NCBI GenBank assembly: GCA_951406725.2
Contig: OX597825.1
Location: forward strand, 74,772,001 to 74,836,000
Source of the DNA: Octopus vulgaris
Lineage: Eukaryota
Direction of reading: 5' to 3'
DNA length: 64,000 nt
Shown here: piece by piece, positions 55,585 through 64,000 of the stretch
Position numbering within the stretch: the stretch's first letter is position 1
How the letters are laid out: each line of letters starts with the position of its first letter
Notes under the pieces: model-generated
What the model was told of the DNA's origin: nothing
The model's input: the letters and a program-made list of their open reading frames with translations, nothing else
Databases searched by the model: none
Translations under genes and position numbers: made by a program

Positions 55585-55640
55585 AACATATACATATATA
55601 CTTACATTTACTTACTTATGTATATGTTTATGTATGTATG

Positions 55641-55677
<37 letters not shown>

Positions 55678-56292
55678 ATGTATATATATATACATATATA
55701 TACATTTACGTGCATTAAACGTGTATTACATACATTACAACATAAATATACATACATACGTAGACATATACATACATACATATATATATACATACATATA
55801 TACACACATATATACATATACATACATACATACATACATACATACATACATACATACATACATACATACCTATTGATTGCATAATAGTATTTTTGTTTCT
55901 GTTCTGAACTCGCTTATCTTATATAAGATGTGTTGTTTTGTCTTGTCTTTTTCCTTCGTAACTTTTGTTCTATGAGGCAGCCAAGTATTTATGATATTCC
56001 ATTCATTCATGTTTCATTCATATACTTATTTACTACTCATATATCTATCAGATTCTACGTGCCATTTCAAAGTAGACACGCACTCGCGCACACACAGAAG
56101 CACATACACAGAAACACATACACAGAAACACATACACAGACGTATATATCTATACACAAACACAAACACACACATATCGGTGTATGTAAAAGGGTATGTG
56201 TAATCCCGTGCCATTATATATGTGTGTGTGTGTGTGTGCGTGTGCGTGTGTATATCAGTGTATGTAAAGATGTATGTGTAATTGCGTGCAAC

Positions 56293-56342
<50 letters not shown>

Positions 56343-56452
56343 CAGCGACAGACAGACAGACAGACGGAGACAGAGAAACAGAGAGACAGAGACAGACAGA
56401 CAAACATTTGATACATTTGATGTGTGTGCAAATGTGGGTGTATATGTGTGTG

Positions 56453-56487
<35 letters not shown>

Positions 56488-56529
56488 GTGTACGTATGTA
56501 TGTATATAGGCGCTATACATGTGTATAGG

Positions 56530-56681
56530 ATATGTGATAAGAAGTTTGCTGAACTCACCACAGCGTCTAGAGTTTAGTGCCACTGCGTGTCACCTTGGGT
56601 GATTGGCTTTCGCTACAGCTTCTGGACGACACAAGGCCTTGTGAGTGGATTTGGTAGACGGAAACTGAAAGTAGGTGCTTC

Positions 56682-56729
<48 letters not shown>

Positions 56730-56935
56730 GTGTGTGAGTGTAATCACCGCTTGACAACTGGTGTTGGTGTGTTTACGTCCCTGCATCTAGCGGTTCGGCG
56801 AAAGAGACCCATAGAGTAAGTACCATTCTTATATATCAAAAAAAAAATTACCGGGGTCGATTCCTTCAACTAAAATTCTTCAAGGCGATGCCCCAGCATG
56901 ACCGTAGTGTAATGACTGAAACAAGTAAAAGATGG
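56530..56935 (+). mobile_element. Diverged microsatellite-bearing SINE
   Basis: GCCTTGTGAGTGGATTTGGTAGACGGAAACTGAAAG core and typical tail. Confidence 0.75.
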
Positions 56936-57289
56936 GAACATATAGATAATGTATACATTGTGTATTTTCATGCGCTTTTTTGAGTCCAGGTCGGCTGGCA
57001 AATTCTCAACAACATACATTGTATAATGGCTTAACTACAAGAAATTGGTGGTAATCAACCGTGATACTTTGCGTAGGTGACTTGTGAGGCCAGCTCTGGA
57101 GAGGCCAACCCGTCGATATTCGTCACACTCAAAATGTGAGTGTTAGACCAACGTGTCCTTTTTTCTTGGTTGCGCCCGTTCCAATAAAGATTTCTAAAAC
57201 GTTCTGGCGCCATTGACTATTTCTATGCGCCGTTTACTTGGGTATAGAGAAATTGGAAGTGTCCAAGGCTCTTTTTAGGCCCTCTGAGA

Positions 57290-57505
57290 TTTGACCTATT
57301 GCAGGTCAATATGTGCAGGAAAGCCATGTGGAGGGAAGAGATTGCAGTGGGGCGATTCTGTGAGGAGGAAGGACTGAGCATCATGATTTGTTAAGGACTG
57401 GAGGTGGACGGCGCATAAGGATGACAAGAGATGGAAGGACGAGTGGTCCGAGGTACCTGAGAGAGGAACATATGAAGATACTCAGCTAGAGTAGCGAGGA
57501 CGGGC
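57290..57505 (-). mobile_element. CR1/Jockey-like LINE ORF2 C-terminal remnant
   Basis: RTTRPSISCHPY...QSFL...NLFPPHGFPAHIDLQ resembles the R.TR...HP...SF....WN.LP..VFP...L..FK ending. Confidence 0.5.
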
Positions 57506-57857
57506 ATTTGCATGTGTGTGTGTGTGTGTGCGGATGTCGATAAAATAAGTACCAGTAGAATATTGGGGTCGATATAATCGACTTAACCCTTTCCCCAAAC
57601 CTGCTGACCTTGAGCCAAAATTTGAAACCATCATTTAGGCAGCGAGCCAATAACCGCACCGGACGATATACTTAGCGACATTTCTTCCAACTCTTTAAGT
57701 ACTGACCTCAAATCTCGTTGAGGTCAACTTTGCCTTTCGTTCTCTCGTGGTCGATAAAATAAAGTACGGGCCGTCGTGAGGTAATATCGAGTCACTCACT
57801 CCCCTCAAAAACCGATGAGCTGGACTTTTGCCAAAAATAAGAAAGAATTATTATTAC

Positions 57858-57920
<63 letters not shown>

Positions 57921-58396
57921 CATTATTATTGTTATTATTATTGTTATTATTATTATTCAGCTATTTTTAAATCCTTTTGTTAAGTATCGATATTTTTGTC
58001 GGAGAATGTCACAGATGTTTGGCAAAGGATTTAGAAATGAATGCAATGAAAAAAATATTTCTGACAGAAATAGCTATTGATGTCGCTTACCACAAAGAGC
58101 AGCACATCCGTTCAACTACGGTATATGTTTTACTTTGAGATGTTGAATCGTTTTGTTTTGTTTTGTTTATCTTTTTGTTGTTTTATTGTACTAGCTTTTT
58201 TTTATACGTATTTTTTTTTTTTCTTTTTGCTTTTTGCTTTAAATCTTTTAGTGTCTTCGTATTGTATTTTTATTGCAGTGTTTTCTTTCTGTTTTTATTT
58301 TCTATATGTCAGCGTTTTATATGGTATATACATACGTAATATTGTGAGTGTGTGTATGTATATGCATGCGTGTGTGTACGCATATATATATATATG

Positions 58397-58542
<146 letters not shown>

Positions 58543-58761
58543 ATGTATGTATATATATATATATGTATATATATATGTATATATACGTTTAAATATTTGT
58601 TGTGCAAGATTTTTTATGTGAAGTCGTGTGTTGAAACAGATATTGTTATATTTCGGAATGGTCATATTGCCAGTTTAGCCAATAAAAACACACGCACTAT
58701 ATATTTGGTGTTATTTTGCTTCAGTGATATTTATTTTTTACATTAATCTTAATCTTATTTC

Positions 58762-58806
58762 GGCCAAAGTTCTTTCGTCACACTCCTGTGACCGCATCAG
58801 TGGTCC
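58762..58806 (-). ncRNA. Variant minimal hammerhead-like motif in the PLE terminal repeat
   Basis: GGACCA CUGAUG-CG GUCACA-GGAG-UGUGAC GAAA G-AA-C UU UGGCC: stem I CCA/UGG, 6-bp stem II; core reads CUGAUGCG rather than CUGANGA. Confidence 0.6.
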
Positions 58807-59149
58807 TTTGTTTTCTTCTCACTTACTTGTGTCTCTCCTTACTAACCGTCAGCCATTTTGTATTTCTATTGTATGTCTTCATTTGCGCATGCTTATATCT
58901 CTATGTGCGTCTATGTTTATTTAGTGTGTGTGTGGGGGGGGGGGGTGCCTGTAATATTTCTATCTTCTGTTTATATACATTCTTGTAATTTGTATTTTGT
59001 TTTTGTTGTTGTTGCTTTTGTTTAAAATTTTGTTCATGTGTTTACATCCACCCATTATTATCATTACATATGCTTGTATGTATGTATAACAACAATATTA
59101 GTAATAATAATAATAAATCTAATCGAAAAAAATCGAAAAAAATCGAAAA

Positions 59150-59196
<47 letters not shown>

Positions 59197-59316
59197 CACA
59201 CATATATACACATATACATATATATATATATATATACACACATACATATATATAGTTATTCATTTCTATTTCTTTAATTATCTGTGTATTTATTATGTTT
59301 GCAGGATCCACTATCG

Positions 59317-61561
59317 TCATATGTTGTGGTGTGTGCTATTGCTCCATTCTAGTTTTCTATTCAGGCTAGGTTTATTTTCTATTATATGTGTAGCTTCTGT
59401 AATTTGTCTAATTGTTGCATCTGTTCTATGTGTGGACAATATCTTAATCTCTATGTTATTGATTGATCCCCCGTGTTCTTGTTCGGCGTGTTGGTACAGA
59501 ATCGATGAGCTTTTACCTTCCTTGAGTTGTCTCCAATGTTCATTCACCTGCTCTCCAATGCTTCTTGCTGTTTCCCCTACGTATGTTACTGCATCGTCCC
59601 TCTATACATCTTATACTATAGACCACATTTCTGGCTTTACAGTTTGTTTGTGGGCTAAATCTACATACAGTGCAATAGTTATCCGTACAGAGAGTTCTAC
59701 TAAAAGGATAGGTTCTACCAATTATAGATCTGATAGGGTTGCCTGGCTTTTCAACAACCTTAATTCTTAGTTTAAGTTTATCTAGGGTCCTTCTAAATCG
59801 GTACGCCAGTTCACCTCCAGGGGTGGTGTCAACGAACATGACACTCTGGTATTTATGGCTATCATACCAAGAGTTGGCCTTTCCTATTTTCTTTTTTGTC
59901 CTTTCTATAGTGTTCCATGACTTGTTCCTATAGATTGGGCAAATCCCATTCCTATCATTACATAATATATTATCAAATTTCTTCATAGCTCCTTTGTATA
60001 CTCTGATCCTTTCTTTATGGCTGTAACCTGAGAACTGCATGCGGTGAATGAAATACTGTATGTGTCTCTTTAATTCTGTAGGCTCGCACATGCGTGACAC
60101 ATTTCTCATTATTCTGACGAGGTCTGCCATCAAAATATTGAATTTGGCATTGCCCGCAATGGCTGAGTTCCGGTGGATCAGGTATTTTGAGGCCATAGGT
60201 TTTGCATAGTATGAATGAAGGATTTGGGTTTTATTTTTCACAATTTCTAGCCAGAGTTCAGTGTCTAGTACTGGTAGTCTATGGTTGGGGTGTTTAGTGG
60301 GGTAGTCTATTGTGACCTTAATACTCTGGTGGATGGAGTTAGCTATTTGCTGGATGCTCTCCATAGTATTAGTTTCTATTACTATATCAACATTACTCTC
60401 TTGTGGGGGTGCCTTTACTACTATATTGATATCATCAACATAGCGAGAGTACATGTTTACGAGTATGGATTTCTGCAGTAGGCATTCTTTAAGCCTTCTG
60501 TCCCACCATACCATGAAGAGGTTGGCCACATCACCAGCGATACTAACACCGATGGCTGCCCCCTCGTCCTGGGCATATATTTTATTATTAAATTTAAATG
60601 TGTGGCCTTTTAGGGTAACTCTTATACTAGCTCCTAGTGCATGTGCGATCATTTTCTTTACCTGATGGACATTTGCGGGGCTCCGTATAGCTCTGGTCCA
60701 TCCGCGCCATCTTTCTATATGTGTCTTCCTAGCCATAGAAGTAATTGTAGGCGGTCTACCTCTTAAACATCTACTGGGGCAGAAACTACTAAGATTATGT
60801 TTATCTAAGTATTCACTATTATATGTCAGTCTAAGTAGGAGGCCCAGTTCTTCTGTGTCGACATTACAGAACTCCACCTGGCTCTCGTTGATCATCTCCA
60901 CGCACTTCTCCACTGCAAAATCTACGTCAATCGATGGGTATAGGGATACCACATCCATGCTACCTACTATACATCCTGTCAAGTCACAAGTTTTGTTACA
61001 GTCACTGATCCTGCTTAGGAGATCTTCTGTGCTGTCACACACATCAGGTGACATCCTGATTATAGGGCGTATGATCATTGAGAGGAAGTAGGAGATTCTG
61101 TAATTGCTAGCGATATTCGCTCCACAGACTGGTCTTGTTGGTGGTCCTGCTATAAGGTCAGTAAAACCTTTATGGTCCTTGCGAAGTCCATACAGTGCCG
61201 GGATATCATTGTTCCAGGCTTGGAAATTCTTTGCAGTACGTTTCTGAGGTCCCAGAACAATTGTCCACATCATCATGTGGGCATTGAGGACCTTTTCTCT
61301 CTCCTCATGCGCCTGTACAGTTGTTACTTTTGTATTGGCGATATGAGGTTGCATTGCCTGGATGTAGTTCGGTAAGCTGTCTATTGACATCCTGCCGGAC
61401 TTATCCGTGGGAAGGCATATCACCTCTCCGTTCCTCGTGCGCTGAATGAGCTTCTGTAGGCCACATGCAGGTTTAATCCCGAGTTGTTGGGCATCTGTCT
61501 TATTCTGTCTCTGTTTCTTAATGTATAATCCTAAAATCTGTCTAAGTTTGGTCCTAGCTAA
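59317..61561 (-). pseudogene. PLE reverse transcriptase + GIY-YIG endonuclease ORF (no start; single frameshift at ~59597)
   Basis: PTDKSG, LYGLRKDHK, RPV, DVVSLYPSI, QDEGAAIG, RYVDD, LPVLD, Cys linker CTDNYCTVC..C, VVYSIRC then frameshift to YVGETARS...EH...HAEQEH...EA...LN. Frame stays open upstream of the track start to the inversion junction. Confidence 0.93.
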
Positions 61562-61666
61562 GATTAATGTAAAAAATAAATATCACTGAAGCAAAATAAC
61601 ACCAAATATATAGTGCGTGTGTTTTTATCGGCTAAACTGGCAATATGACCATTCCGAAATATAACA

Positions 61667-61747
<81 letters not shown>

Positions 61748-61749
61748 CG

Positions 61750-62075
61750 TGGCAGGGCTGTGTGGTGAGAGGTTTGCTTCCCAACTATTTTGTTCCGGGT
61801 TCCGTCCCATTGGATGACACATTGGGAAGGCGTCTTCTGCTATACCCACGAGTAGACCAAAGCCTTGCGTGAGGTTGGTAGAGGGGAAACTGAAAGAAGC
61901 CAGTCGTACATATGTACGTATGTGTGGGTGTCTTTGTGTATGCGTTTGCCCACCACTGCCACCGTTTGACGACCGGTGTTGGTGTGCTTACGTCCCCGTA
62001 CCTTAACAGTTCGGCAAAAGAGACTGATAGGATAATAACCAGGCTTTAAAATAAAATAGGTACCGGGATCGATTC
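61750..62075 (+). mobile_element. Diverged microsatellite-bearing SINE
   Basis: Similar to the 37848 family. Confidence 0.75.
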
Positions 62076-62415
62076 GATCATGTAGTGTCATGGGCAAAAA
62101 AATTTGTTAACTTTTTGCCTAGGGCGAGCCCACAGCAATATCATATCTTCTCCACTATTTCAGTATTACGTGTCAAAAGTGAAACAAAAACATCTCTATA
62201 TTGTAATATCAGATGCTTTCACTTTAATACTTTCACTTTAATACTGAAACTATTAAAGTGAAACTATTATATAACAGGGATGAACTGTAACTGGACATCC
62301 ATTATGCTAGAAGATCCGCTATGGTCTTATATGCTACACCACTGGTTTTAAATTCATATTAATCAAATTAATATTCAATCTTTCACCGTTATTATTTTAA
62401 ATTTAAATTTACATG

Positions 62416-62486
<71 letters not shown>

Positions 62487-62488
62487 AT

Positions 62489-62586
<98 letters not shown>

Positions 62587-62615
62587 GGATAGAAAGATAC
62601 AGATACAGATATATA

Positions 62616-63055
62616 CCAGGCTGAGTAAAAGGTAAACAACGTTTTGAAACATGAAATTCACCACAATATATTTCAACAATGCGGAAATTTTATTCATCAA
62701 AGTAAGTACCATTACAATCAACACATTTTTGCCAACGAGTTACAAGCTTGTTTATTCCGGTAACATAAAAATCTGGAGTTCTGGAGCTGATGAACTCTTT
62801 GAACACACTTTCAGCATTGGTTTGAATTTTGAACTCCTCTCTCAGGAAACCATCAAGGTGCTTGAGAAAGTGGTAGTCGGTAAGAGAAAAGACTGGGGAA
62901 TAGGCTGGGTGGGAAGAACTTCGTAGCCAAATTCCCTTAACTCCTGGAGCATCGTTAGTGAAACGTGTGGTCGAGCATTGTCGTGGAGAATGTTTGGCCC
63001 TCTTCTGTTGACTAGTCTGGGGCGGAGGAGTAGCAGATTTTCGTTCATTCTGGCA
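62616..63055 (-). mobile_element. mariner (DD34D) transposon, 3' part with TIR
   Basis: LHDNARPHV then HPAYSPVFSLTDYHF...GINKLVTRWQKCVDCNGTYFD; TA|CCAGGCTGAGTAAAAGG terminus. Confidence 0.9.
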
Positions 63056-63166
63056 AAAAAGGGAGAGATATATACATACCGGTTTACTACCTCCCATTTT
63101 GAAGGGTATGCGTTTGCAATCCAAGAACAGGAAATAAACAAATACCTACTGTATGTACATCGGATT

Positions 63167-63216
<50 letters not shown>

Positions 63217-63258
63217 TATATTATATATATATATATATATAAGTATATACACACATTT

Positions 63259-63562
63259 GTGAAGGCACATGGCTCAGTGGTTAGAGCGTTGAGCTTACGA
63301 TCGTGAGGTTGTGAGTTCGTTCCCTGACCGGTCTGCGTGTTGTGTTCTTGAGCAAGACACTTTATTTCACGTTCCCCAGTTAATTCAGCTGTAGAAATGG
63401 TGCCAAGCTGTATCGGCCTTTGCCTTTCCCTTGGATAACATCAGTGGTGTGGAGAGGGGAGGCCGGACTGCTGGTCTTCCATAAACAACCTTGCCTGTAC
63501 TTTGCCTCGGGGGTAACTTTCTAAGAGCAATCCCATGGTCCGTCATGACCTAAGGGGGTCTC
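63259..63562 (+). mobile_element. tRNA-Arg(ACG)-like SINE
   Basis: Same family as 25561-25898, with small deletions. Confidence 0.85.
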
Positions 63563-63778
63563 CAAAAAACATGCATATATATGTATAAGTTTATATCATG
63601 TACATACATATGTGCGTGTGTATGAATGTGTGTGTGTGAGTGTGTGAGTATATGTATAAGTTTATATTATGTATATATATTTATATATGTATGTATACAC
63701 ACACGCACACACACATAACATGTATGTATATATATATGTACATATATATGAGTGAGTGTGTGCGTGTGTGTGTGTGTA

Positions 63779-63818
<40 letters not shown>

Positions 63819-64000
63819 TACTATTATCTGACACCTTATCAGAAATTAGAATGGTTAGTCTAAATAAAACATATCACCTCGTTGTCCTAAATTTGTTCCA
63901 ACTTAATTCAGCACACACACAACCATTAAACTACGAAATTAGGCTTAATGTATCATTCTGACGCTAATTAAATAAATAATGATTACTTTTCATCAAATCT

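Larger units (their letters stand above)
58586..61670 (-). mobile_element. Penelope-like retroelement (Neptune/Nematis-like architecture), 5'-truncated, with inverted terminal duplication
   Basis: RT plus GIY-YIG ORF, 3' UTR, hammerhead-like motif; 58640-58751 is inverted at 61559-61670 (one mismatch in 112 bp); (TA)n on both sides. Confidence 0.93.

Noticed and set aside
59321-59770. 149-aa plus-strand ORF
   Set aside because: Antisense to the PLE endonuclease region.
59317-61561. Selenocysteine-containing Naiad-type PLE
   Set aside because: The endonuclease is C-terminal and the RT frame has no in-frame TGA.

Overview
AT-rich, microsatellite-saturated eukaryotic (animal) DNA. The tRNA-derived SINE families and overall repeat make-up strongly resemble an octopus/coleoid cephalopod genome (pattern recognition, not a database hit). 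I found no confidently identifiable host gene, and almost all ORFs in the track are translations of simple repeats. The window is mostly transposable elements and their remains. (1) A young, 5'-truncated Penelope-like element (PLE; RT plus C-terminal GIY-YIG, one frameshift) at 58586-61670, with a 112-bp inverted terminal duplication, a hammerhead-ribozyme-like motif and (TA)n flanks. (2) A second, decayed PLE endonuclease fragment next to a cluster of hammerhead motifs, one of them intact at the tip of a ~150-nt rod (8711-8868). (3) Several more degenerate hammerheads. (4) Dong/R4-type and CR1-like LINE fragments. (5) Tc1, mariner, maT-like, Chapaev3, Merlin-like and Helitron DNA elements. 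(6) Four SINE families, including tandem, nested and chimeric copies. The most interesting signals are the ribozyme-bearing PLE termini and a SINE that repeatedly joins its 3' end to the same GGTATTTC site inside its own family.
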